Below, piece by piece: positions 24,665 to 33,921 of a stretch of 52,655 nucleotides of DNA. Position 1 is the stretch's first letter. The number at the start of each line of letters is the position of its first letter. The position numbers and the translations under genes were made by a program. Source of the DNA: Sphingomonadales bacterium 63-6. GTDB lineage: Bacteria > Pseudomonadota > Alphaproteobacteria > Sphingomonadales > Sphingomonadaceae. The stretch spans positions 1-52,655 of the forward strand of contig MKUB01000160.1 of the NCBI GenBank assembly GCA_001898545.1. The letters run 5' to 3'. A model generated the notes under the pieces. That model searched no databases and had not been told where the DNA came from. It saw only the letters and a list, made by a program, of their open reading frames with translations.

Positions 24665-25897
24665 ATGGCTGACATACCCGGACTTCCCGCTCGCCGCGCC
24701 GCGCTCAAACTCTCCGATGCCGTGCTGCGTCGGGGCGAAACGCTCGACATTGCCGCCCATGCCGCCTTGCAGGGCCTGCAGAGCGGCGCGGACAAGGCGC
24801 TGGCCCGCGCCCTCGCCGCCGAAGTGCTGCGCTGGCTGACCGATTTCGATGCGCTGATCGATTCGGCCACGCAGCAGGTTCTGCCCGACGATGCCAAGCC
24901 GCGCGCCGTGCTGCGGCTGATGCTGGCAGGCTGGCTGCGGCTCGACACGCCGCCCCATGCCGTGGTTGCCACCGCGCTGCCCCTGCTGGTGGGCGGGCCG
25001 CGCAGGCTGGCGCATGGCGTATTCGGTGCGCTGGTGAGGAAGGGCGTCACCCTGCCTGCCATGCCGACTCTGCCGGAACGGGTGACTGCGCGCTGGGGTG
25101 ATCGCTCCGCCGCCATCGCCGCCGCGCTTGCCGAACCGCCACCGCTGGACCTGTCGCTGCGCGATGCGGCAGAAACCGCACAATGGGCCGAAAAGCTGGG
25201 CGGCATATCGCTGCTGCCCGGCCATGTCCGCCTGCCGCGCGGCACGGCGGTGGAAGATCTGGAGGGCTTTTCAGAAGGCGCATGGTGGGTGCAGGATCTT
25301 GCCGCCAGCCTGCCCGCCCGCGTGCTGGGGGAAGGCAAGAGCCGCCGCGTGCTGGATCTCTGCGCCGCGCCGGGGGGCAAGACATTGCAACTCGCCGCCG
25401 CCGGTTGGGATGTGACCGCACTCGACATGGGGCCCAAGCGGATGACGCGGCTGAAGGAAAACCTCGCCCGTATCGGCCTTTCCGCCACCACCGTGGTGGC
25501 CGATATGCTGGAATGGGAACCGGACGCCCCCTTCGATGCCATATTGCTCGACGCGCCCTGCACCGCCACCGGCACCTGCCGCCGCCACCCGGATGTGCTG
25601 CACCGCATCGGCCCGCGCCAGATAGAGGACATGGCCGAACTGCAATCCCGCCTGATCGAACGTGCAGCCCGCTGGATCAAACCCGGGGGCGAACTGGTCT
25701 ATGCCGTCTGCTCGCTTGAACGCGAAGAGGGGGAGGATCAGGCTGCTCGTGCCCGGCTGCGTAGCGAAGCGATTCCGGCAGCGCTGCTGCCGCAGGGAAT
25801 TACCCCCACGGCAGAAGGCTGGGTGCGGACGGACCCCGGAATGCTACCCGAAGCGGGCGGACTGGACGGTTTCTTCATCGCCCGCTTCCGCGCCTGA
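24665..25897 (+). CDS. rsmB: RsmB/NOP-family RNA m5C methyltransferase
   Basis: VQDLAAS, DLCAAPGGKT, DAPCTATG, YAVCS, DGFFIARF. Confidence 0.85.
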   Translation: MADIPGLPARRAALKLSDAVLRRGETLDIAAHAALQGLQSGADKALARALAAEVLRWLTDFDALIDSATQQVLPDDAKPRAVLRLMLAGWLRLDTPPHAVVATALPLLVGGPRRLAHGVFGALVRKGVTLPAMPTLPERVTARWGDRSAAIAAALAEPPPLDLSLRDAAETAQWAEKLGGISLLPGHVRLPRGTAVEDLEGFSEGAWWVQDLAASLPARVLGEGKSRRVLDLCAAPGGKTLQLAAAGWDVTALDMGPKRMTRLKENLARIGLSATTVVADMLEWEPDAPFDAILLDAPCTATGTCRRHPDVLHRIGPRQIEDMAELQSRLIERAARWIKPGGELVYAVCSLEREEGEDQAARARLRSEAIPAALLPQGITPTAEGWVRTDPGMLPEAGGLDGFFIARFRA

Positions 25898-25900
25898 GCC

Positions 25901-26440
25901 TCAGCCTTCCTTCACCCTTTCGGCAAAGCCCTTACGCAATTTGGCGAGCTTGGGCGGGATCACAGCAAGGCAATAGGGATTACGCTGGCCTTCGCCCTGC
26001 CAATATTCCTGATGATAATCCTCGGCCGGATACCATTCGGCCGGGCCTTCAATCGTAGTAACAACCTTGCCGCCATGCTCGGCATCGGCCCGCGCAATCG
26101 CGGCCTCCGCCTCGGCACGCTGGGCGTCGTCCAGCGGGAAGATGGCGGAGCGGTATTGGGTGCCGATATCGTTGCCCTGCCGGTTCAGCTGCGTGGGATC
26201 ATGGGTGGCCATGAACACGTCCAGCAGATCGGCATAGGAAATGACGGCAGGATCGAAGGTAATGCGGATCGCCTCTGCATGGCCCGTATCGCCCGAGCAG
26301 ACCTGCTTGTAGGTCGGGTCGGGAACATGGCCGCCAATATAGCCGCTTTCCACTTCCTCCACCCCGGCGCACATGCGGAAGACCGCCTCCGTGCACCAGA
26401 AGCATCCGCCGGCGACAATGGCCGTTTCACTTGCGCTCAT
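25901..26440 (-). CDS. msrA: Peptide methionine-S-sulfoxide reductase
   Basis: GGCFWC, TGHAE, HDPT..RQGND.GTQYRS, AEDYHQ. Confidence 0.97.
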   Translation of the reverse strand: MSASETAIVAGGCFWCTEAVFRMCAGVEEVESGYIGGHVPDPTYKQVCSGDTGHAEAIRITFDPAVISYADLLDVFMATHDPTQLNRQGNDIGTQYRSAIFPLDDAQRAEAEAAIARADAEHGGKVVTTIEGPAEWYPAEDYHQEYWQGEGQRNPYCLAVIPPKLAKLRKGFAERVKEG

Positions 26441-26549
26441 TGTGGGATCTCCTTTGCCGGAAAGATAGGAAGCCGAAGGCCGCTTGTCATCCGCACCCCT
26501 TCGCCTAGAGTTCCCGCCAAGATGGACTGACTCCACGGGGAGAGGAACG

Positions 26550-27416
26550 ATGAGGAAATTTGTGAGCCTTGCTGCCGTCGCGGCGCTGGCAGCGACGGGG
26601 CTGGCAGCAGCGGGGCTGACCGCCACCCCTGCCCTGGCCCAGACGAAAGAGGCAGCCGTGCCCGCCAATCCCGCGCTGGACGCGGCGCTCGCCTCGAAAA
26701 TCCGGGGTGAGGACGGCAAGCGCGACAAATTCCGCCATCCAGCCGAAACGCTGGCCTTCTTTGGCGTCGAGCCGGGCATGACCGTGGTGGACTATATGCC
26801 GAACGGCTGGTGGTACACGCGCGTGCTGGTGCCCTATCTGGGCAAGGACGGGGCCTATATCGGCATGAACCCCGATGTCGCCAGCCAGACCGGCTATATG
26901 AAGAACACCTATGACGATGTGGCCGGCAAGCTCGCCGCCGAACACGCCAAATGGGCCGGGCCCAGCGATGCCAGGGTTTCCGGCTTCAACGCCAATGCCG
27001 TGCCCGAAGGGCTGGACGGCACGGTGGACCGAGTGCTGATCTTCCGCGAAGTCCACAATATGTTCCGCTTCGACTGGCTGCGCCGCGATCTGGCGATCAT
27101 GCGCACAATGCTGAAGCCAGGCGGGCTGATCGGCATTACCGACCACCGCGTGGCGGAAAACGTCCCCTTCGAACGGAGCGACGGCAGCAAGGGCTATATG
27201 CGCGAAAGCGATGTGATCGCCCTGTTCGCCGCCAGCGGGTTCGACCTTGTCGCCAAGAGCGAGATCAACGCCAATCCCAAGGATACGACGGATTGGCCCA
27301 TCGGCGTGTGGGAATTGCCCCCTTCCTATGCCGGGGCTGACGATGCCAAGAAGGCGAAGATGGACGCGATCGGCGAAAGCGACCGCATGACCATGCTGTT
27401 CCGCAAGCGCCCCTGA
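26550..27416 (+). CDS. Exported class I SAM-methyltransferase-like protein (COG4798-like)
   Basis: Signal peptide (ALA-Q), RHPAETLAFFG, SEINANPKD, GVWELPP, IGESDRM. Confidence 0.8.
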   Translation: MRKFVSLAAVAALAATGLAAAGLTATPALAQTKEAAVPANPALDAALASKIRGEDGKRDKFRHPAETLAFFGVEPGMTVVDYMPNGWWYTRVLVPYLGKDGAYIGMNPDVASQTGYMKNTYDDVAGKLAAEHAKWAGPSDARVSGFNANAVPEGLDGTVDRVLIFREVHNMFRFDWLRRDLAIMRTMLKPGGLIGITDHRVAENVPFERSDGSKGYMRESDVIALFAASGFDLVAKSEINANPKDTTDWPIGVWELPPSYAGADDAKKAKMDAIGESDRMTMLFRKRP

Positions 27417-27510
27417 TTATCCGCCTCATCTTCTGCTTGGACAGGCCCCTTGGACAGGTGGGCGCCCCCGCGATAGGATCGGCATGCCGTCCAATCCGGG
27501 GGAACCTGCC

Positions 27511-27963
27511 GTGATTCGTGCCGCCGTAATCCTGTGTGCCGCCCTGTCGCTCGCCGCCTGTCAGGTCGCGAAGGACCCTCCCCCCACGCAGATCGAGCAG
27601 CAGGCCGTCCTCGCCGCACTGGCGGAAAGCACGGCGGGCTGGAACAGCGGCAATCTTGACCGGTTCATCGGCGTCTATTCAGAAGATCCGCAGGCCACTT
27701 ACGTCACCAGCGAAGGGCTGGTGCGCGGGCGCAAGGCCTTGGCGGAGCGCTATTCGGCCAAATATGATTTCGCCAATCCCGCCGCGCGCGGATCGCTCAG
27801 CCTGGAAACGCTGGATTTCCGCCTGCTGGATGCAAGCCATGCGCTCTATATAGGGCGCTATACGCTGGCCTATCCCGATGGGAAGACGGCCAGCGGCCCG
27901 ACCAGCCTCGTCCTCCAGAAAGAGGCGGGCGGATGGAAGATCATCGCCGACCATTCGAGCTAG
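27511..27963 (+). CDS. DUF4440/SnoaL-like lipoprotein
   Basis: Lipobox LAAC, WNSGNLDRF, WKIIADHSS. Confidence 0.8.
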   Translation: MIRAAVILCAALSLAACQVAKDPPPTQIEQQAVLAALAESTAGWNSGNLDRFIGVYSEDPQATYVTSEGLVRGRKALAERYSAKYDFANPAARGSLSLETLDFRLLDASHALYIGRYTLAYPDGKTASGPTSLVLQKEAGGWKIIADHSS

Positions 27964-28005
27964 GGGCCTAGACTTGGCCAACAGGGGGCAATAGGTCCGC
28001 CAGCC

Positions 28006-28857
28006 ATGAGACAGATCACCGTCGCCGCGCTGCAGCTTGCCCTCAATGCCGAGGACGAGCGGGACAATATCGCCGCTGTCGGCGCCCTGGTGGAGGAAGC
28101 CTCCGCCGGCGGCGCGCAGATCGTGCTGCCGCCCGAACTGTTTTCCGGCACCTATTTCTGCAAGGTCGAGGACGAGGCGCTGTTCGCCCTGGCCCGCCCG
28201 ACGCTGGAGCACCCTTCCGTCATTGCCATGTGCAATCTGGCGCGGGCGCTGAAAGTGGCCATCCCCACCAGCTTCTTCGAGCGGGACGGCCACCATTATT
28301 ACAACACCATCGCGATGATCGGCCCCGATGGCGAGATCATGGGCACTTATCGCAAGAGCCACATCCCCGATGGGCCGGGCTATGAGGAGAAATATTATTT
28401 CCGCCCCGGCAATGACGGGTTCAAGGCGTGGGACCTGTTCGGCACCCGCGTGGGCGTGGGCATCTGCTGGGACCAGTGGTATCCTGAATGCGCCCGCGCC
28501 ATGGCGCTGCTGGGCGCCGAAGTGCTGTTCTACCCCACGGCCATCGGCTCCGAACCCTACGATCCGGAACTGGACACCAGCCGCATCTGGCGCCGCGCGA
28601 TGATCGGCCATTCGGTGGCCAATTGCATGCCGGTGGTCGCAGCCAATCGTATCGGCACGGAAGATGGCCAGGTCTTCTACGGCCATAGCTTCATCTGCGA
28701 CGAATGGGGCGACATGGTGTGCGAATATGGCTCGGGTGAAAGCGGGGTGCTGCTCACCACGCTGAACCTGGACCGCGCCGCCCGCCACCGCGCGGGAATG
28801 GGCTTTTTCCGTGACCGGCGGCCCGATCTCTATTCCCGCCTCGCACGGGACGAATAA
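28006..28857 (+). CDS. aguB: N-carbamoylputrescine amidase
   Basis: PELF, YRKSHIPDGPGYEEKYYF, ICWDQW, YPTAIGSEP, FFRDRRP. Confidence 0.93.
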   Translation: MRQITVAALQLALNAEDERDNIAAVGALVEEASAGGAQIVLPPELFSGTYFCKVEDEALFALARPTLEHPSVIAMCNLARALKVAIPTSFFERDGHHYYNTIAMIGPDGEIMGTYRKSHIPDGPGYEEKYYFRPGNDGFKAWDLFGTRVGVGICWDQWYPECARAMALLGAEVLFYPTAIGSEPYDPELDTSRIWRRAMIGHSVANCMPVVAANRIGTEDGQVFYGHSFICDEWGDMVCEYGSGESGVLLTTLNLDRAARHRAGMGFFRDRRPDLYSRLARDE

Positions 28858-28863
28858 TCCGCC

Positions 28864-29361
28864 ATGGCGCGGCACATTTATCTCATCGCCCTGGGGTCGA
28901 ATCGCAGGCATCACAGGCACGGCCGCCCGCGCGATGTGATCGAGGCCGCGCTGGTCTGCCTGGCGGATAAGGGCGTCCGCATCCGGCGCACCTCGCCCAT
29001 CCTGCAGACCGCGCCCATCGGCCCCTCGCTCCGCCGCTATGCCAATGCCGCCGCCGTGATCGAGACGAAACGTGGGCCCGAGCGGCTGCTGCGCTTGTTC
29101 AAGAAGATAGAGCGCAAGTTTGGCCGCCGCACTGGCGGGCAGCGCTGGACCTCGCGCGTGATCGACCTGGACATCGTGCTGTGGGACGGCGGCCCCTATG
29201 CCGCGCCGCATCTCACCATCCCGCATCGCCTGTTCCGCGAGCGGGCCTTCGTGCTCCAGCCAGCCGTGACAATCGCCCCGACCTGGCGCGATCCGTTGAG
29301 CGGTTTGACGGTCCGGCAGCTAACAGCGCGCTTGACCGCACCCCGCCCCCTTTCTAGGTGA
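28864..29361 (+). CDS. folK: 6-hydroxymethyl-7,8-dihydropterin pyrophosphokinase
   Basis: IALGSN, IERKFGR, RVIDLDI, IPH..RAFVL. Confidence 0.93.
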   Translation: MARHIYLIALGSNRRHHRHGRPRDVIEAALVCLADKGVRIRRTSPILQTAPIGPSLRRYANAAAVIETKRGPERLLRLFKKIERKFGRRTGGQRWTSRVIDLDIVLWDGGPYAAPHLTIPHRLFRERAFVLQPAVTIAPTWRDPLSGLTVRQLTARLTAPRPLSR

Positions 29362-29393
29362 GCCCGGCGCAGCACCGCAGCGCACCCTGGTGA

Positions 29394-29469
29394 GGGCCCT
29401 TAGCTCAGTCGGTAGAGCAACTGACTTTTAATCAGTAGGTCGCTGGTTCGAACCCAGCAGGGCTCACCA
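29394..29469 (+). tRNA. tRNA-Lys (anticodon TTT)
   Basis: GGGCCCT/AGGGCTC acceptor stem, ACTGA-CTTTTAA-TCAGT anticodon arm, GGTTCGAAC, CCA. Confidence 0.97.
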
Positions 29470-29542
29470 TTTCCCCCAAATCCCGACACACGCCATGTTG
29501 CGCGGCCTTGCGGGCCGCGCCTGCCGGTCCGATAAGCATGGG

Positions 29543-30283
29543 ATGGAGGAGCAACCCGGCAGCTTTCCCCGCTCGCCCGCGCGGCGCAGGCCCCGATGGG
29601 GCATGCTGGCGCTGGTGGTGGTGCTGCATGCGGTGGTCATCCTTGCACTGGCGCGGGCTTTTGCGCCGCAATTTACGGATAGCGTGGTAAGGCAGGCGGC
29701 ATCGGTCCTGACGGTGACCATCACCGCGCCGAGTGAGCCCCCACCTGCTTCGCCCCCCGCCCCTCAGTCACCCGCGCCGGACGAAGGTGCGGCAGCGCCC
29801 GAGGGCAAGCAGGCGAAACCCCGCGAAGTAACCGCGCCCGTCACGCGCCTGCCGATAAACCCCCAGCCAGCGCCGCTGGCCAGTTCCACCGGCAATGAGA
29901 ATCGCTCCGGCGCGCGGGATGAAGGGGAGGGAACGGGCGCCGGAGGTGAAGGCGTAGGCGCTGGCAGCGGCCTGTCCGGAAGTGGACGGGGAAGCGGCGG
30001 CGGTCGCAAGCTGGAGAAGATCGCGGGCGACATCAATTCGGCCAGGGATTATCCGAAAAAGAGCCGCGATCTGCGTATCGGCCATAGCGTGACCATCCTG
30101 CTGACCGTGGGCACGGACGGACGCGTGACGGATTGCGCGGTGACCGAACCCAGTCCCGATGCCGAAGCCGATGCCATCACCTGCCGCCTTGCGCGGGAGC
30201 GATTCCGCTTCAATCCGGCGCTGGATGCGCAAGGCAATGCGATGATTGGGAAATTTCGCTGGCGTCAGCGCTGGTTCTTTTGA
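29543..30283 (+). CDS. TonB-family energy transducer-like protein
   Basis: N-terminal TM, Pro-rich then Gly-rich linker, DYP..VGTDGRVTDC..RFNPALD C-terminal domain. Confidence 0.85.
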   Translation: MEEQPGSFPRSPARRRPRWGMLALVVVLHAVVILALARAFAPQFTDSVVRQAASVLTVTITAPSEPPPASPPAPQSPAPDEGAAAPEGKQAKPREVTAPVTRLPINPQPAPLASSTGNENRSGARDEGEGTGAGGEGVGAGSGLSGSGRGSGGGRKLEKIAGDINSARDYPKKSRDLRIGHSVTILLTVGTDGRVTDCAVTEPSPDAEADAITCRLARERFRFNPALDAQGNAMIGKFRWRQRWFF

Positions 30284-30379
30284 TCCGGACCCCCGTGGCG
30301 TTGTTGCTTTCGTAATAATCATGGGCAATGGATGGGTTCGCACTAGGGAGGCTGGGCGCCGTTGCGGCGCGCGATATTT

Positions 30380-31420
30380 ATGAACCCGATCACACCCGTC
30401 ATTCTGTGCGGAGGCAGCGGCACGCGCCTTTGGCCCCGCAGCCGCAAAGCAGCACCCAAGCCTTTCCTTCCTCTGGTGGGCGATTCCAGCCTGTTCGAGG
30501 CCACGCTGGCGCGGGCAAGCGATCCGGCTCATTTCACCGCCCCTATCGTGGTGGCGGGCAGCGCCCATGTCGACCTGATCGAAGCGCAATCGCCCGCCGG
30601 CAACGGCATGCGCCTGATCGTGGAGCCCGCCGCGAAGAATACCGCGCCCGCCATCGCGCTTGCCGCTCATCTCCTGCCGGAAGACACGGTGATGCTGGTC
30701 TGCCCCAGCGACCACCATATCGCCGATGAAGCCGCCTTTCAGGCCGCCGCGCTGGAAGCGGCAAGGCTGGCCGCGGAAGGATGGCTGGTGGCCTTCGGCA
30801 TCGCGCCGACCCGCCCTGAAACCGGCTATGGCTATATCAAGCGGGGGGACGCGCTGCCCGGCGGCTATCGTATCGATCGCTTTGTCGAAAAGCCCGACGT
30901 GGCGCGGGCCGTGGCCTATCTGGCCGAAGGCACTTATTGCTGGAACGGCGGCATCTTCGCCTTCCGCGCGGGCACTTTCCTGGACGAACTGGCCCAGCAC
31001 CGGCCCGAAATGGCCAAGTCCGTGCGCGAGGCTGTGGAACAGGGCGAGACGCAGGGCGCGCGCTTCCTGCCCGCCTTTGGCCCATTCTCGGAAATCGCCG
31101 GGGATTCGGTGGATTATGCCGTGATGGAAGAGACTGACCGCGCGGCCATGGTGGACGCGGATATGGGCTGGTCCGACATCGGCAACTGGCAAAGCCTGCG
31201 CGAAGTCCGCGCCGACGAGGCGGACGAAGCCGGCAATATAGCGCGCGGCCCCGCCGATCTGCTCGATTGCCGGGACGTGATGGTGGAAACCGATGGGCCG
31301 CGCGTCTCGGTCGTGGGGCTGGACGATGTGATAGTGGTGGTGGATGGCGGTGAAGTGCTGGTAACCAGCAGCCGCGGCGCCGCCAATGTCGGCAAGCTCA
31401 AAGGGCCGTCCAACCAGTAA
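30380..31420 (+). CDS. manC: Mannose-1-phosphate guanylyltransferase
   Basis: GGSGTRLWP, EPAAKNTAPA, PSDH, TGYGYI, FVEKP, DYAVME, WSDIG. Confidence 0.93.
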   Translation: MNPITPVILCGGSGTRLWPRSRKAAPKPFLPLVGDSSLFEATLARASDPAHFTAPIVVAGSAHVDLIEAQSPAGNGMRLIVEPAAKNTAPAIALAAHLLPEDTVMLVCPSDHHIADEAAFQAAALEAARLAAEGWLVAFGIAPTRPETGYGYIKRGDALPGGYRIDRFVEKPDVARAVAYLAEGTYCWNGGIFAFRAGTFLDELAQHRPEMAKSVREAVEQGETQGARFLPAFGPFSEIAGDSVDYAVMEETDRAAMVDADMGWSDIGNWQSLREVRADEADEAGNIARGPADLLDCRDVMVETDGPRVSVVGLDDVIVVVDGGEVLVTSSRGAANVGKLKGPSNQ

Positions 31421-31442
31421 GCCAGCCAGTGGGAGCACCGCG

Positions 31443-32240
31443 ATGACGACTTGCCTGTTGCCCACCCGCCGCGTGGAAAAACCCTGGGGGCGCGAGGAAC
31501 TTCCCGAAGCTTTCGCCACGGATGACGGTGCCCGCGTGGGCGAGATCTGGTTCGAGCCGCCCGCCGCGCATAGCGAGTTGCTGGCCAAATATATCTTCAC
31601 CAGCGAGAATCTCTCGGTGCAGGTCCATCCCCCCGGCGCACAGGGCAAGGATGAATGCTGGCTGGTGCTGGATGCGGAACCCGGCGCAGTGCTGGGCATC
31701 GGTTTTACCAGCCCGGTTGCCGCCGAGGCCATGCGCCAGGGCGCGCTGGACGGATCGATCGAGCAGATGATGGCCTGGCACCCGGTTTCGCCGGGCGATT
31801 TCGTCTATATTCCGGCCGGCACCGTCCACGCCATCGGCGCGGGGATCAGCCTGGTGGAAGTGCAGCAGAACCGTGACTGCACCTATCGCTTTTACGATTA
31901 TGGCCGCCCGCGCGAATTGCATCTGGACGAGGCGCTGGAAGTGGCGCGCGGCGTGCCGCACGACCCTGCCCTGCGCACGCGCGTGCCGGATCGCGGCCAT
32001 GTATCGCTGGTGCGCGGGCCATTCTTCCGGCTGGACCGGGTGGACGGATCACCCGGTGCGGCACTGGATGCCGATTACGGCACGGCTGCGCTGCTGGTGC
32101 TGCCGATGGACGAAGGCGTGCGCGTGAATGGGGAACCTGTCGGCAGCGGCCAATGCGCGCTGGCGACCTCGCTCGCCGCTGTGGAGATCGCTGCGGGAAC
32201 GCGCTGCCTGCTTGCGCAGCCCTGCCCGCCCGGCGCATAA
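31443..32240 (+). CDS. manA: Class I mannose-6-phosphate isomerase
   Basis: EKPWG, LSVQVHP, KDECW, AGTVHAIG, EVQQ, YDYGRPRELH. Confidence 0.9.
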   Translation: MTTCLLPTRRVEKPWGREELPEAFATDDGARVGEIWFEPPAAHSELLAKYIFTSENLSVQVHPPGAQGKDECWLVLDAEPGAVLGIGFTSPVAAEAMRQGALDGSIEQMMAWHPVSPGDFVYIPAGTVHAIGAGISLVEVQQNRDCTYRFYDYGRPRELHLDEALEVARGVPHDPALRTRVPDRGHVSLVRGPFFRLDRVDGSPGAALDADYGTAALLVLPMDEGVRVNGEPVGSGQCALATSLAAVEIAAGTRCLLAQPCPPGA

Positions 32241-32241
32241 T

Positions 32242-32688
32242 ATGGCTATGATCGCCCATACGATCCAGCTCGCACTCGCGCCGGTGTTCGTCCTGGTGGC
32301 GATCGGCAATATCCTGAACATCCTTGCCCAGCGGCTGAGCCGCGTGGTGGACCGTTCCCGCGTGCTGCAGGACCGGCACAAGCAGACCACCGGCGAAGAA
32401 CATGACATGGTGGTGCTGGAAATCCGCACGATTGACCGGCGCATCAAGCTGATCAGCCGGGCGATCCTGCTGCTGGTGATCAGCGGCATCACCATCGGCT
32501 TCACCGTGGCGCTGCTGTTCCTTGAGGAATTCGTCGGCGTCAATGTTCAGGCCGTGGCAGGCGGTTGCTTCATCTTCGCTATTTCATTGCTGATGGGTGC
32601 GCTGATCCTGTTCATGCAGGAAACCCGCACGGCCACGGCCCTGCTGCGCATTCCGGAAGAATTTCTGGAGAGCCACCGGAAGTTGTGA
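32242..32688 (+). CDS. DUF2721-like membrane protein
   Basis: IQLALAPVFVL, RLSRVVDR, 3 TM segments. Confidence 0.8.
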   Translation: MAMIAHTIQLALAPVFVLVAIGNILNILAQRLSRVVDRSRVLQDRHKQTTGEEHDMVVLEIRTIDRRIKLISRAILLLVISGITIGFTVALLFLEEFVGVNVQAVAGGCFIFAISLLMGALILFMQETRTATALLRIPEEFLESHRKL

Positions 32689-32710
32689 AGGGATACACTC
32701 CCGCCCACCT

Positions 32711-32780
32711 CGTCATTCCCGCGAAAGCGGGAACCTAGCAGCAAGCGTTGAACTGGGTTCCCGCTTTCGCGGGAATGACG
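32711..32780. repeat. REP-like element, family A
   Basis: CGTCATTCCCGCGAAAGCGGGAACC...GGTTCCCGCTTTCGCGGGAATGACG between convergent genes. Confidence 0.9.
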
Positions 32781-32847
32781 AAGGGATGGTGGGATTGCGC
32801 GTAATCTCTTTGCATTTGCACGCCTGAGATATCCCGCGACGCAGCCC

Positions 32848-33156
32848 CTACCCCTTCGGCGGCGCCAGCAATTTCTCGCCCATCTGGCGCATCGCGGCTT
32901 CCGCCATCGGCTTGGCGAAGGACAGGGCCAGCGGCAGTTCCAACTCGAACGCCACCTCTTCTTCCCCGATCTCAACCGCGCCGGACAGGTTCTGGCCCAT
33001 GGCCGAGATCACCATGGTCATGCGGTCTTCGCCTGCCCAGTCCGTCGTCACATCGGCGATACCGCCCGGCAAATGCCCGGCGATCTTGTGGCTGTTGTCA
33101 TGCAGGCGGCGGCGGACTTCCTCCTTGCCGAGGCTGTGGGGAAGGACGAGGCGCAT
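32848..33156 (-). CDS. Polyhydroxyalkanoic acid system family protein (PHA_gran_rgn-like)
   Basis: PHSLGKEEVRRRL, ELPLALSF; about 100 aa. Confidence 0.75.
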   Translation of the reverse strand: MRLVLPHSLGKEEVRRRLHDNSHKIAGHLPGGIADVTTDWAGEDRMTMVISAMGQNLSGAVEIGEEEVAFELELPLALSFAKPMAEAAMRQMGEKLLAPPKG

Positions 33157-33911
33157 CAGTTCTGCTCCGGCGCGGCGTGTTCAGCCTCGCCATATTTGTA
33201 ATCGAGATAGCGGGTACGGATCGCCAGATCGTCCAGCGCGCCAGCGGCGAGCTGGCGGGTGACGCTGTCGATCTCGGCGCTGATAAGGCCCAGCCCTTCC
33301 ATCAATTGCTTGTTGGGGTTCGACCCGGCGTGCTCCTCATAGCGCAGATGCTCGGGAATGCGGCGGTAGCCTTCGATCATTTCAGGAAGATCCTCGCCCA
33401 CCAGCTTGCGGATCTGCGCGGCCATCGGATGTGCCTGATCGACTTCCTCCAACTGGAGCTGGAGCCCGTCGAGCTGAAGGCCGATCTGGCTGATCGCCTT
33501 GGCGGCCGGCGGGGGCAGTGCACGGCGCTGCGCCTCCAGCCACAATTCCGTTTGCCCGACCAGACGGCGGACATCGTCGGTTTTCAGGTCGGCGCGTTCG
33601 GGAACTTTGAGCGATGGATAGGACGAAAACACGCCGACCGCGATGGCCGCGAGGACAATCGCACCCATCAGCCCGGCAAAGCCGATCCCGCCCAGCACAA
33701 CTCCCAGGGCGCTGAAGCCAATGAGAATTACCGCCAGCGCCAGAGCGATATTGCGGAGTTTCCGCAAGGCGTGCCCCGCCTTCATCTTGGCGGAAGCCCG
33801 CCCGATGGAGCGTGTGCCAGCCAGCCGGTGCCGCCCGCCCGAGCGGTTATCGCGCAACAGGGCGCGGCCTTCGTCCAGCGCCCGGTCCGTATCGCGGGAA
33901 AGATCGACCAT
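33156..33911 (-). CDS. XpaC-like membrane protein (usual TelA partner)
   Basis: Two TMs then helical domain with LPEMIEGY..IP and DDLAIRTRYL; directly after telA. Confidence 0.65.
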   Translation of the reverse strand: MVDLSRDTDRALDEGRALLRDNRSGGRHRLAGTRSIGRASAKMKAGHALRKLRNIALALAVILIGFSALGVVLGGIGFAGLMGAIVLAAIAVGVFSSYPSLKVPERADLKTDDVRRLVGQTELWLEAQRRALPPPAAKAISQIGLQLDGLQLQLEEVDQAHPMAAQIRKLVGEDLPEMIEGYRRIPEHLRYEEHAGSNPNKQLMEGLGLISAEIDSVTRQLAAGALDDLAIRTRYLDYKYGEAEHAAPEQN

Positions 33912-33921
33912 CGGTTTCGTG

